Shown here: positions 1 to 9,817 of the stretch, piece after piece
Position numbering within the stretch: position 1 is the stretch's first letter
Layout of the letters: every line of letters begins with the position of its first letter
From: Candidatus Woesebacteria bacterium RIFCSPLOWO2_01_FULL_39_61
Lineage (GTDB): Bacteria > Patescibacteriota > Microgenomatia > UBA8517
Length of the DNA: 64,000 nucleotides
Assembly (NCBI GenBank): GCA_001793155.1
Contig: MGHI01000020.1
Location: 9,898 to 73,897, forward strand
Direction of reading: 5' to 3'
Notes under the pieces: model-generated
Told to the model about the DNA's origin: nothing
Databases searched by the model: none
What the model saw: only the letters and a program-made list of their open reading frames with translations
Program-made: the position numbers and the translations under genes

Positions 1-1103
1 TATTTGTTTGCGACAAGTGTTTTTTGGTTCAACTGCCGGAACACGAATCTGCCGAAAATATTTTCAATGACCAATATGCCTATTTTTCGTCATATTCTAC
101 CTCTTGGCTAGAGCATGCTCAAGGATATGTCGACTACATAACTGACAGACTTAAATTGAGTAATAAAAGTCAGGTTATTGAGATTGCAAGTAATGATGGC
201 TACCTGCTTCAATACTTTCTACCTAAAAAAATCCCCGTATTAGGCATTGAACCTGCTAGGAACACAGCAAGGGTTGCAATCGAGAAAGGTATCCCTACTC
301 TAACGGAATTTTTCGGGGTTAAATTAGCAAAAAAACTAGTAAGTAAGAATATGAAAGCAGACCTTTTTATCGGGAATAATGTGTTGGCTCACGTTCCTGG
401 CCTTAACGATTTGGTGGCCGGGATGAAAATAATACTTAAGCCGGAAGGGATTATAACTATGGAATTTCCTCACCTGCTAAGGCTCATTAAAGGTAATCAG
501 TTTGATACTATTTACCATGAACATTTTTCATACTTTTCCTTCACTACGGTGAGAAAGATTTTCGCTAAACATGATCTTACAATTTTTGATGTTGAAGAAC
601 TTCCGACGCATGGCGGCTCACTAAGGATTTTTGCACGGCATACTAAAAATATTAACCTTCCCGAAACAGAACGGGCAAAAGAACTAGTTAAAACAGAAAA
701 AGAATACGGAATTGAAAAGGTTAAATCGTATACTAACTTTCAAAATAGGATAATTCAAACTAAGTTGAATCTACTAGAATTTCTTGTCGCTGAAAAAAAG
801 AAAGGAATGACCTTTGTGGGTTATGGAGCACCCGCAAAGGGAAATACCTTCTTAAACTATTGTGGAATAAGAAGCGATTTTTTGGATTACACGGTTGATA
901 GAAGTCCGCATAAACAAAACCATTTTTTGCCCGGAACAAGGATACCTATTTATTCTCCGGATGAAATACGGAAAACAAAGCCTAATTATGTGTTTATCTT
1001 ACCATGGAATATTAAAGAAGAAGTAATGGAACAGATGGCTGACGTTAGAAAATGGGGTGGTAAATTTTTAATTGCTATTCCAAATTTACAAATATTTGCA
1101 TGA
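1..1103 (+). CDS. NDP-sugar C-methyltransferase (class I SAM MTase with C-terminal C-MT domain), 5'-truncated at window edge
   Basis: ORF 24..1103 starts on TTG and stays open in-frame to position 3; upstream codons encode ..FVCDKCFL.. (CxxC zinc-ribbon of sugar C-methyltransferases); SAM-binding stretch VIEIASNDGYLL and C-terminal GYGAPAKGNTFLNY domain. Confidence 0.6.
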   Translation, partial: FVCDKCFLVQLPEHESAENIFNDQYAYFSSYSTSWLEHAQGYVDYITDRLKLSNKSQVIEIASNDGYLLQYFLPKKIPVLGIEPARNTARVAIEKGIPTLTEFFGVKLAKKLVSKNMKADLFIGNNVLAHVPGLNDLVAGMKIILKPEGIITMEFPHLLRLIKGNQFDTIYHEHFSYFSFTTVRKIFAKHDLTIFDVEELPTHGGSLRIFARHTKNINLPETERAKELVKTEKEYGIEKVKSYTNFQNRIIQTKLNLLEFLVAEKKKGMTFVGYGAPAKGNTFLNYCGIRSDFLDYTVDRSPHKQNHFLPGTRIPIYSPDEIRKTKPNYVFILPWNIKEEVMEQMADVRKWGGKFLIAIPNLQIFA

Positions 1104-1627
1104 TATTTAAAAAAACAAACTTAGATGGAGAATATATTATCTTGCCAGAAAAACTGGAAGATGAGAGGGGTTACTTTGCGAGAGTTTTTAGTATGGATGA
1201 GTTCGCAAAATTAAACCTGAATACTAAGTGGGTTCAGAACAATACTTTTTTCAGTAAAAAAAGAGGAACATTGAGAGGCTTAGTATATCAGGAAAAACCC
1301 AAAGAAGAGGTAAAACTAATTAGATGTACGAGAGGAGAAATTTATGATATTGCCGTTGATCTCCGTCGCAATTCAAAAACGTTTCATAAATTCACTGGAA
1401 TAGTTTTAAGCCATGAAAACGGATATATGCATTATATTCCTAAAGGTTTTGCCCACGGATACATCACACAGAAAGATGAAACAGAAGTTTTGTATCAAGT
1501 ATCAGAGTTCTACTCTCCTGAGCGCGCCAAAGGAGTTAGGTGGGATGATCCCTCCTTTGCGATAAAATGGCCGACGAAACCGGAAGTGATTTCGGAAAAA
1601 GATAATAGTTATCCGGACTACAAATAA
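1100..1627 (+). CDS. rmlC: dTDP-4-dehydrorhamnose 3,5-epimerase-like cupin (RmlC family)
   Basis: 175 aa; N-terminus ..LPEKLEDERGYFARVFSMDEF.. and core ..GEIYDIAVDLRRNSKTFHKFTGIVLS..HYIPKGFAHGY.. match RmlC/RfbC; ATGA overlap with the upstream gene. Confidence 0.7.
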   Translation: MIFKKTNLDGEYIILPEKLEDERGYFARVFSMDEFAKLNLNTKWVQNNTFFSKKRGTLRGLVYQEKPKEEVKLIRCTRGEIYDIAVDLRRNSKTFHKFTGIVLSHENGYMHYIPKGFAHGYITQKDETEVLYQVSEFYSPERAKGVRWDDPSFAIKWPTKPEVISEKDNSYPDYK

Positions 1628-1631
1628 TATT

Positions 1632-2759
1632 ATGAAAATTTGCTTTATCGGGACATACGATAAAAACTACTCGAGAAACCAGATAATTTTTAACGGTCTT
1701 AATGATTTAGGAGTTAAATATGAAGAAATTCATGTTGCCCCGGTCGTTGACAGGCTGGACAATAAGAAACACTTAACTTTCTTGCCTGTTTTAAAAAGAA
1801 TTTTAAATAAACTCAGCCTGGTTCCTATTAGCATAAAAAGTTATAAGAAACTGTTTACATCCGATATTTTATTTGTTGCCTACCCTGGTTACTTGGATTT
1901 TCCATTCGCATTTTTGGTTGCTAAATTAATAAGAAAAAAGCTGGTATTCGACCCTTTAATCACGCTTTACGTCAGTTTTGTTGAAGATTTCGGAATACTT
2001 AAGCAAAATTCGTTATTCGCACGCTTGATTCGCATCTACGAGAGGTTAACATATAATGCTGCGGACCTTTTACTTGCAGATACAAAATTAATAGGAGATT
2101 TCTATAACGGAGTATATAAGGTACCTCTTTCCAAGATAAGGGTTGTTTATCTCGGCGCTAATGACCGAATCTATAAACCGACTATATTTACTAATTACTC
2201 TAAGCAGATAAATGTTGTTTATTACGGTTTATATAATCCTATTCATGGAGTGGAATATATAATTGAAGCTGCCAGAATTTGCAGAGACAACAAAAATATT
2301 AAATTTCTATTTATCGGTGACGGTCAAACTTACGAAAAAAATTATGCTCTCGCCAAGGAATACAATCTTACGAATATAACTTTTTATAAAGATTTAACAG
2401 AGAAAAATTCGATTGAATTACTAAAGGCAGCTGATATTTTTCTCGGGCTCTTCAAAGAAAGTGATACGGTCGACAGGCATATTCCCAATAAAGTTGTTCA
2501 GGGAGCAGCACTCGGAAAAGTTGTGGTAACTCCGAAGAGAAATTCTTTAAAAAATGTCTTCACGCATAAAAAAGATATTTATTTTTGTAAACCTGAAAGT
2601 GGTGAATCAATTGCAGAAGCCATTCTTACGTTACAAAATGACGTTGAGCTTCGTAAGAAAATTTCTCTTAATGCTTCAAAATTGTATCTTGGTAAATTTA
2701 CCTCACGAAGAATAGCTTCTAAGTTATTAAAAGTTTGTAAGGAGTTATATGAAAAATAA
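1632..2759 (+). CDS. glycosyltransferase, GT-B fold (GT1/GT4-like)
   Basis: 375 aa; C-terminal Rossmann half ..VVYYGLYNPIHGVEYIIEAARIC..NIKFLFIGDG.. typical of retaining GT-B enzymes. Confidence 0.5.
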   Translation: MKICFIGTYDKNYSRNQIIFNGLNDLGVKYEEIHVAPVVDRLDNKKHLTFLPVLKRILNKLSLVPISIKSYKKLFTSDILFVAYPGYLDFPFAFLVAKLIRKKLVFDPLITLYVSFVEDFGILKQNSLFARLIRIYERLTYNAADLLLADTKLIGDFYNGVYKVPLSKIRVVYLGANDRIYKPTIFTNYSKQINVVYYGLYNPIHGVEYIIEAARICRDNKNIKFLFIGDGQTYEKNYALAKEYNLTNITFYKDLTEKNSIELLKAADIFLGLFKESDTVDRHIPNKVVQGAALGKVVVTPKRNSLKNVFTHKKDIYFCKPESGESIAEAILTLQNDVELRKKISLNASKLYLGKFTSRRIASKLLKVCKELYEK

Positions 2760-3666
2760 AATAACAATTTCAATTGGTATCCCAACTTATCTAGCCGGTG
2801 AACATTTGGTGTCCACTCTACGAAGTATTTATCGACAAACATTTTATTCTCGGTTAAAAGAAATTCTATTAGTGGTAGACGGAGGTTATCTGGATCCAAA
2901 AATTGTTGGGAAAATAGGGAACAAAAAATTAAAAATAGTTCCTTTTACAAAAAGAAAAGGTCAGTCAACTCGAGTAAATGATATCTTTGCACAAGTTGAT
3001 TCGGACCTACTAATTTTGGCTAACGATGACGTGATTTTAGACGAAAAAGTCGTCGAAAAAATGGTCAGGATGTTTATAAAAGATCGATGTGACCTACTCT
3101 GTACAAAAGTTGAACCTCTTGCTCCCAAAACCAGATTAGAGAAGATTTTGAAACCCTCCCATTATATGAAATATGAAATTCTAAATGGGCTTAAAAATAA
3201 ACACGATAGTTTTTTAGTCAGTAACGGGAGACTTCTGGGTTTGTCAATCCGTTTATATAAGGGTATGAAACTCTCGCGGCAGTTATGGAATGGCGACGCC
3301 TTCATTTATCTGCATGCCAAATTACTCAACTATAAAATTTCATTCGTCGATGAAACCTTATGCTATTTCAGGGACCCTCAAAAACTTGAAGAGTATTTGA
3401 GTCAGTCAAAAAAATTTCGTAATTCACTATCAGAAAACAAGAATTACTTTAAGGGAGAGACTTTTATCAGAAAATATTATGAAATACCTAAATCCGTACT
3501 TGTTAGAGCTTATATATCAACATTCAAAAAACATCCAATCGATTTTATTTTGTACAACATATTATATTTGTGCTCTTATATTTGTTTGAGTTTCTACGAC
3601 CCGGAAAGAAACGTTGCATCAAAAAGGGCTTATTGGGAGGTTGATTACTCAACGAAGCAGATTTAA
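2749..3666 (+). CDS. GT2 family glycosyltransferase (tandem paralog 1, divergent)
   Basis: N-terminus ISIGIPTY..LLVVDGG and C-terminal KKHPIDFILYN shared with the ORFs at 4633, 5547 and 6466; GGAG 5 nt upstream of the ATG. Confidence 0.6.
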   Translation: MKNKITISIGIPTYLAGEHLVSTLRSIYRQTFYSRLKEILLVVDGGYLDPKIVGKIGNKKLKIVPFTKRKGQSTRVNDIFAQVDSDLLILANDDVILDEKVVEKMVRMFIKDRCDLLCTKVEPLAPKTRLEKILKPSHYMKYEILNGLKNKHDSFLVSNGRLLGLSIRLYKGMKLSRQLWNGDAFIYLHAKLLNYKISFVDETLCYFRDPQKLEEYLSQSKKFRNSLSENKNYFKGETFIRKYYEIPKSVLVRAYISTFKKHPIDFILYNILYLCSYICLSFYDPERNVASKRAYWEVDYSTKQI

Positions 3667-3690
3667 AAAGTGTTTCTATCTAGCATAATT

Positions 3691-3798
3691 ATGAATAAAA
3701 TAGCAACGGCTACAATTGGAATACCGGCTTATAACGAGGAAGCAAATATTGGAAAATTCATATATCTACAAAAAAATAAGTTAAAAATATATGAATAA
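3691..3798 (+). pseudogene. 5' remnant of a GT2 paralog (about 35 codons, then frame decays)
   Basis: Encodes MNKIATATIGIPAYNEEANIGK.., about 80-90% nucleotide identity to the first ~70 nt of the GT2 at 4633; runs into the start of the FkbM gene at 3791. Confidence 0.5.
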
Positions 3799-4627
3799 TT
3801 TAATTTATATAAAGTTATTATCAACTGCAATGTTTGAACCAATTTCAAAAAGGATAAAAAAGAGCGCTGAAAATAATCTTAGGAACATAAAAATTTTAGG
3901 CTTAACAATATCATTTCTGAATATTCGGGAACTTTTAGAAATATTCAAAGATATTTTCATCCTGAAAGAGTATGACTTTGTTTCGCGAAAAGCAAACCCC
4001 AAAATTATAGACTGTGGTAGTCATATCGGATTGGGTGTACTGTTTTTTAAGAAAATATATCCTAAGGCAGAGATAACCGCTATAGAGCCAAACCCCAAAA
4101 ATTTTCGCATTCTTAGTCAGAACATAAGCCAAAATAATCTTAAGAAAATTAAACTTGTAAATGCTGCAGTTACAAGAGCGGGCAGCAGGGTCATTTTCTA
4201 CAGGAGTAAACAAGCTACTAATGTTTTTGCTAGGGAAATGAACTTGTGGTCCTGGGGAGATTTTGTAAAAGGTGCAATGAATAAAAATTTAATTAATTAT
4301 GAAGCTTTAGAAGTACCATCTTTACGACTTTCTTCATTAATAACAAAGCAGATTGACTTTTTAAAAATTGATATCGAGGGCTCCGAGAGCGAAGTGCTTA
4401 GTGAAATAAAAGATAAATTATATCTTGTTAAGAAGTTAGTAATAGAATTTCACAATGAAACAAAAGAAGATTTTAAGAAACTCAAGAAAATACTTGAGAT
4501 TTTGGATAAAGAATCATTTAATTTTTATCTCATGCAAAAGAAGAAAATATTAGATGAAAATCTTGTGCAGGAGACTCTGCCGCCAAGACTATTGATAAAA
4601 GCTACAAATTCAATTTTACTCAATTAA
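3791..4627 (+). CDS. FkbM-family SAM-dependent methyltransferase
   Basis: ..IIDCGSHIGLGVLFF..ITAIEPNPKNFRIL..KIDIEGSESEVL.. (Methyltransf_21/FkbM signature). Confidence 0.7.
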   Translation: MNNLIYIKLLSTAMFEPISKRIKKSAENNLRNIKILGLTISFLNIRELLEIFKDIFILKEYDFVSRKANPKIIDCGSHIGLGVLFFKKIYPKAEITAIEPNPKNFRILSQNISQNNLKKIKLVNAAVTRAGSRVIFYRSKQATNVFAREMNLWSWGDFVKGAMNKNLINYEALEVPSLRLSSLITKQIDFLKIDIEGSESEVLSEIKDKLYLVKKLVIEFHNETKEDFKKLKKILEILDKESFNFYLMQKKKILDENLVQETLPPRLLIKATNSILLN

Positions 4628-4632
4628 TATAT

Positions 4633-5550
4633 ATGAGAAAAAAACTAACAGTAACAATTGGAATACCGGCTTACAATGAAGAAGCAAACATTGGAAAATT
4701 GCTGCGTGCATTACTGGCACAAAAGCAAGGCAACTTTGTCCTGAAGAAAATTATAGTTGTTTCCGATGGTGGCACAGATAAAACAGATAACATTGTTACT
4801 TCTTTTAACGGCCGTTTAGTTAAGTTACTAAGAAACACTAAAAGGATAGGTCAGCCAAATGTCCAGAATTTAATAACTAAGAAGGTAAATACAGACGTTT
4901 TGGTTTTAATAAATGCTGATGTTTTACCCAGAAACAAAAACTTCCTAGCGGAAATAATTAGGCCCTTTTATTTAGATAGTAAAGTCGGAATAGTGGGTGC
5001 TGACACATTAAGTACGAAGCCTCGGACCTTTTTTGAGAAGATAATTATTACTGCAAGAGAATTCAAAAAAAGTGTTTATAAGGAAATAAACTATGGTTCG
5101 AATGTATATCTTTGTCATGGAAGAGCAAGAGCATTATCTAAAAAACTATATAAAAAGATAGATTGGCCGGACGATTGCGCTGAAGATGCTTATTCTTATT
5201 TTTATAGTTTAACTAATGGTTTTAGGTTTAAGTTTTCTAGCGAGGCAGCCGTTATATTCAGGTCGCCATCTGATTTGAGTGGGCACAAAAGACAACACGA
5301 TAGATTCTTAGAAGGAAAAAATAATTTAATACTTCATTTTGATGAAGACCTATTAAAACAAGAATATCAAATTCCAAGCTATTTATTCATGCAACAATTC
5401 CTTATTAATTTAGTTAGTAACCCCTTTAGTTTAATTTTATATTCCGTTATCACTCTTTTCCTGGAAATATCAAGACTTATAAATAACTCTGTAGATAAGA
5501 AAATTAATTACTCATTATGGCAGGTGTCAGCATCATCCAAAAAGCTATGA
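4633..5550 (+). CDS. GT2 family glycosyltransferase (tandem paralog 2)
   Basis: ..TVTIGIPAYNEEANIGKLL..IIVVSDGGTDKTD.. GT-A N-terminus; paralogous to neighbours. Confidence 0.7.
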   Translation: MRKKLTVTIGIPAYNEEANIGKLLRALLAQKQGNFVLKKIIVVSDGGTDKTDNIVTSFNGRLVKLLRNTKRIGQPNVQNLITKKVNTDVLVLINADVLPRNKNFLAEIIRPFYLDSKVGIVGADTLSTKPRTFFEKIIITAREFKKSVYKEINYGSNVYLCHGRARALSKKLYKKIDWPDDCAEDAYSYFYSLTNGFRFKFSSEAAVIFRSPSDLSGHKRQHDRFLEGKNNLILHFDEDLLKQEYQIPSYLFMQQFLINLVSNPFSLILYSVITLFLEISRLINNSVDKKINYSLWQVSASSKKL

Positions 5551-6461
5551 AAAGAAAATTACCTACAGCAACAGTTGGCTTGGCTGCTTATAACGAAGAG
5601 GCAAATATCGCAAATTTAATTAGGTCAATATTAGCCCAAAGAGAAGTTGGATTCCGATTGAAACAAATTCTTATCAATTCAGATGGCTCGTCTGACGATA
5701 CGGTAAAAATTATTAAGTCGTTTAAAACACGGAAGGTTAAAGTAATTGATAACAAAGTGCGCCGTGGACAACCTTTCAGAATGAGACAAATTTACAAGAT
5801 TTTTAACAGTGACTACCTAATTCAGACGGATGCAGATACTTTATGGGGACACGAGAATGTAATAAAAACCTTAGTAGCGGCTTTTGAATCTAACGAGAAT
5901 GTTGCGATGTGTGGAGGAAATATTATACCAATTGCGCCGAAAAGCTTAATACAAAAGGCTATTTATTCATCCACCAACGTTTACAGAAAATTCGCCGATG
6001 ATATAAACGAAGGGAACAATATCTTCACAGTACATGGTCTTTTGATGGCTTTTAGAAAGAATTATATAAAAACTATGATGCTTCCTGACGTTATAGCGAA
6101 CGATAAATATTTATATTTAAAGTGTGTTTCAGGCGGTTATGAGTACAAGTTTGTTAGAGATGCGATTGTTTATTTTGAACTTCCGCTGACATTAAAGGAT
6201 CAAATTAAGCAAAACACTAGGTTTAAAGTGGCAAAGAAGCAACTTTTCTTTTACTTCGACAAAGAATTTTTGTTAAAAGAGTACGAGAGACCAAAGACTG
6301 TATTTAAGTTGTTTATTGAAGAATTTATAAAACATCCTATACCTGTCCTTTATGTATTTTTGGTAAATCGTTACTGCAAGATTCTTGCCATTTTTAAAGA
6401 AAAGAAGATATCAAACATTCTTTGGGATAAATTGGAAAGGACTAAGGTTGCAGTAAACTAA
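5547..6461 (+). CDS. GT2 family glycosyltransferase (tandem paralog 3)
   Basis: Start moved to the internal ATG at 5547 (MKRKLPTATVGLAAYNEEANI), giving an ATGA overlap with the upstream stop; C-terminal ..KHPIPVLYVFLVNRYCK.. conserved with paralog 4. Confidence 0.7.
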   Translation: MKRKLPTATVGLAAYNEEANIANLIRSILAQREVGFRLKQILINSDGSSDDTVKIIKSFKTRKVKVIDNKVRRGQPFRMRQIYKIFNSDYLIQTDADTLWGHENVIKTLVAAFESNENVAMCGGNIIPIAPKSLIQKAIYSSTNVYRKFADDINEGNNIFTVHGLLMAFRKNYIKTMMLPDVIANDKYLYLKCVSGGYEYKFVRDAIVYFELPLTLKDQIKQNTRFKVAKKQLFFYFDKEFLLKEYERPKTVFKLFIEEFIKHPIPVLYVFLVNRYCKILAIFKEKKISNILWDKLERTKVAVN

Positions 6462-6465
6462 TCTA

Positions 6466-7377
6466 ATGAAAAAAATTCCGGAAGTAACAATAGCGGTCAG
6501 CGCATATAACGAAGAGAAAAATATTAAAAATTTTCTCGAATCTTTATTGGTACAAAAAGAATTTGGCTTTGTGTTGAAATCAATCTGGGTATTATCTGAC
6601 GGATCGAAGGATAGAACTGTTGAGTTCGCCAAATCTTTCAAGTCTAAAAAAATCAAAGTTTTTGATTACAAAGACAGATTGGGAAAGTCGAGCAGGTTAA
6701 ACCAGATTTATGCAAAGTTAAAAAGCGATATATTGGTACAGTCCGACGCCGATGTACTATTTGCCCATCCATATGTAATCTATGACGTCATTCAACCTCT
6801 TTTGAAAAACAAAAGGGTAGGGATGTGCGGAGGAAACCCTCAACCTCTAAAAGCGAAAACTTTTACAGAAAAGGCAGTTAATAATACTGTCTTTGCATAT
6901 CTTCCACTAAGAGAATCGGTAAGAGGTGGTAATAATATTTTTTCTGTTGATGGAAGATTGTTAGCTTATAAAAAAGCGTTAATAAAACAAATATATGTAC
7001 CCGAGGATATGATTGCAAACGACGCTTTTACTTACTTTGAATGTCTGGTTCATGGGTATGAATACCGTTTTGTTAAAGATGCTTTTGTAAATTTTCGTTC
7101 TCCACAAAATATTAAGGACCAAATTAGGCAAGTTACGAGATTTAAAGCAGCGAGAATCAGGATGTTTAGGCATTTTCCTAAAGATCTAGTTACCAAAGAA
7201 CAATATATTCCCGCAAGTTTACTTATTAAAAATATGCTGGTTCAATTCGTTAAACACCCGATCCACTGTAGTTATATATTTTTAGTCAATAAATTCTGCA
7301 AGTATCAGGCATTAAAAAATGAAAGTAAACTTAATTCCACTTGGGAGATTGCTTTGACGTCTAAAAATTTATCTTGA
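6466..7377 (+). CDS. GT2 family glycosyltransferase (tandem paralog 4)
   Basis: ..VTIAVSAYNEEKNIKNFL..VLSDGSKDRT..; C-terminal ..KHPIHCSYIFLVNKFCK.. Confidence 0.7.
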   Translation: MKKIPEVTIAVSAYNEEKNIKNFLESLLVQKEFGFVLKSIWVLSDGSKDRTVEFAKSFKSKKIKVFDYKDRLGKSSRLNQIYAKLKSDILVQSDADVLFAHPYVIYDVIQPLLKNKRVGMCGGNPQPLKAKTFTEKAVNNTVFAYLPLRESVRGGNNIFSVDGRLLAYKKALIKQIYVPEDMIANDAFTYFECLVHGYEYRFVKDAFVNFRSPQNIKDQIRQVTRFKAARIRMFRHFPKDLVTKEQYIPASLLIKNMLVQFVKHPIHCSYIFLVNKFCKYQALKNESKLNSTWEIALTSKNLS

Positions 7378-7396
7378 TGCCTGCGCTTATTTTATT

Positions 7397-8260
7397 ATGA
7401 AAAACAGAAGAAATATATCAGTAACAATTTGTATAAAAAAGTATTATCCGGTTGTTCTTGAAATTGTTGAGAGCTTTGTTAATCAAACCTTAAGTCCTTC
7501 AGACATCGTAATAGTAGGTGAACTACATGCATTAAATAAAATAAAGAAAAAGTTTGAAAAAGAGAAAAACATTACCTATGAGAGTTTTATTGGAGATAAG
7601 AATGTGGCCCGAAATAAATCTATTTCACTTGCAAAGGGAGATTATGTGATTTTTTCAGATTACGATATGGTTGCTTCCTTAAATTTATTGGAAGAGTGCT
7701 CAAAACTTCTTGGAAAACATAACGCTTTAGTAATTCCCGAAGTTGGTACAAATTCGAGGAATTTTTTCAAAAGAGTATTTAAGCTTGAAAAAGAGATTGC
7801 TAACGACGATAACGATGCAATAACTCCCAGAATGTTTAAAAAGAATTTGTTCGATGACGGAAGTAAACCATTTGATGTTAAATTTGGTGTTTTAGATGAG
7901 TGGGGTTTTTATAAAAACCTTAAAAAGAAAAAGCCTAGTGTTGGATATGTTAAGAATGCATTTTTTACTATAAAAGATAGATTCTCATTTTCAGAAAGAT
8001 TGGATAGAAGTTATAAAAAGGGGTTTTGGTCAAATTATTTAATAAAAGACATGGGCATGGAGGGTGTTAAAAGAATTAATCCAATTAATAGGGGGTTAAT
8101 TGTATATTCCAGAAATTTTAAATTATTTATTAATAATCCTTTTATTTTCCTAACACTTATTGCAATTAAGAATATTGAATTTCTATCCTTTGCTGTCGGT
8201 TACTTTGTTGGCAGTATCCAAAGAATTTCTTTAAAAGATATAGAAAACAATACCGCTTAA
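7397..8260 (+). CDS. GT-A-like glycosyltransferase with C-terminal TM segment (divergent)
   Basis: ..ISVTICIKKY..IVIVGE.. and ..GDYVIFSDYDMV.. (DxD-like) followed by a hydrophobic C-terminus. Confidence 0.4.
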   Translation: MKNRRNISVTICIKKYYPVVLEIVESFVNQTLSPSDIVIVGELHALNKIKKKFEKEKNITYESFIGDKNVARNKSISLAKGDYVIFSDYDMVASLNLLEECSKLLGKHNALVIPEVGTNSRNFFKRVFKLEKEIANDDNDAITPRMFKKNLFDDGSKPFDVKFGVLDEWGFYKNLKKKKPSVGYVKNAFFTIKDRFSFSERLDRSYKKGFWSNYLIKDMGMEGVKRINPINRGLIVYSRNFKLFINNPFIFLTLIAIKNIEFLSFAVGYFVGSIQRISLKDIENNTA

Positions 8261-8270
8261 CGTCAAATAT

Positions 8271-9815
8271 ATGAAAAATATAATTTCAATAATTCTTTTT
8301 GCACTATTTTTATTTTTTATATTAGTTTTGGGATTGCGTGGTCTGCCGGGCAATCCGTCGAGTGTGGAAATTAATCAAGAAAGGTGGAAAGATGAGGGAC
8401 CATTGGAATTATCTCCCGAGAGAGGAAGATATGCTTTGACAATGTCCCTTATTGAAGACAAATCTTTTCATTTTTCTGTACCCATTGCGCGTTTCACAAC
8501 ACCAGATCTAGGTTACAAAAATGGAAAGTATGTATCACTTTTTGCTCCTGCAGTATCTTTCATTGTTATGCCCGGATATATTATTGGACAGTTTTTTGGT
8601 GCGTCACAACTGGGAGCATTCTTTATGATATTAATTTTTGCTTTAATTAATGCACTTTTGGTTCGATCAGTAGCAATTCATTTAGGTGCGAAAGCAAAAG
8701 CTGCAACTATTGCTTCATTATTATTTTTGTTTGCTTCACCTGCGTTTGCATACGCTGTTACCTTATATCAGCACCACATAACGACTTTTCTTATACTTTT
8801 TTCAATTTGGATATTGTTAAAATACAAGAATATTTTCTCTTTGGCTGTTGTCTGGTTTTTGTGTGCTTTATCAATACCGGTTGATTATCCGAATCTTTTT
8901 TTTATGCTGCCGATTGGTATATATGCCTTTGGTAGATTTTTTAATATAGATAAACTTCAAGAAACAGTAAAAATAAGAATTAAACCATTGGCATTTCTTA
9001 CTCTTGCAACCGTTTTAATTCCACTTGTATTTTTCTTATGGTTTAACAAGATGTCGTACGGCGATCCGTTACAGTTTTCAGGAACAGTAGCAAGCGTAAA
9101 AGCAATCGATGAACAAGGTAAATCTACAGTGCCGGGTAGAGCTGGTCAGGATAGGACGGAACAATTTATTAATCCTGATTTACAGAAGAAGTCATCCATT
9201 TTATTTTTCAGTACGAGAGAATTACCAAGCTTACTTTATATTCATTTATTTAGCCTCGACAGAGGAGTGTTGTTTTACACCCCCATTATGTTTTTTGGGA
9301 TAATAGGTATGTTTATTCTCTACAAAAGGAAAGAAAAGACAACTTCCCTGTTAGTGGCGATAATAGGTTTTAATATTTTCCTTTATGCAATGTTTGGCCA
9401 AGGCGGATGGGCATTCGGATCTCGTTACTTAATACCGAGTTACGCGATTCTTTCCATATTCATTGCTATAACCCTGACTCATTTAAGTAAGAAATTTTTA
9501 TTTGTAATACTGTTTTTGTTACTTTCAATTTATTCCGTTTCTGTTAATACTCTGGGGGCAGTTACAACCAATAGAAACCCCCCTAAAGTTGAAGCCGTTG
9601 CTTTGGAGAAAATATCAGGAAGAAAAGAATACTACACTTACCAGAGAAATTGGGAATATTTAAATAATCAAGGTTCTAAGTCATTTGTATTTCAAACATT
9701 TGCCAAGGATTATGTAACCGCGCCTCAATATTATTACTTTGTTGCAGGGTTGATAATTCTAGTTTTGGGCGGGCAAACAATCTTTTTGTACTTGAAGTCT
9801 AGAAAGGAAAAATAA
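8271..9815 (+). CDS. multi-pass membrane protein, putative GT-C-fold glycosyltransferase
   Basis: 514 aa, at least 10 hydrophobic helices, acidic first extracytoplasmic loop (..ERWKDEGPLELSPERGRY..); in a glycosylation operon. Confidence 0.35.
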   Translation: MKNIISIILFALFLFFILVLGLRGLPGNPSSVEINQERWKDEGPLELSPERGRYALTMSLIEDKSFHFSVPIARFTTPDLGYKNGKYVSLFAPAVSFIVMPGYIIGQFFGASQLGAFFMILIFALINALLVRSVAIHLGAKAKAATIASLLFLFASPAFAYAVTLYQHHITTFLILFSIWILLKYKNIFSLAVVWFLCALSIPVDYPNLFFMLPIGIYAFGRFFNIDKLQETVKIRIKPLAFLTLATVLIPLVFFLWFNKMSYGDPLQFSGTVASVKAIDEQGKSTVPGRAGQDRTEQFINPDLQKKSSILFFSTRELPSLLYIHLFSLDRGVLFYTPIMFFGIIGMFILYKRKEKTTSLLVAIIGFNIFLYAMFGQGGWAFGSRYLIPSYAILSIFIAITLTHLSKKFLFVILFLLLSIYSVSVNTLGAVTTNRNPPKVEAVALEKISGRKEYYTYQRNWEYLNNQGSKSFVFQTFAKDYVTAPQYYYFVAGLIILVLGGQTIFLYLKSRKEK

Positions 9816-9817
9816 AA

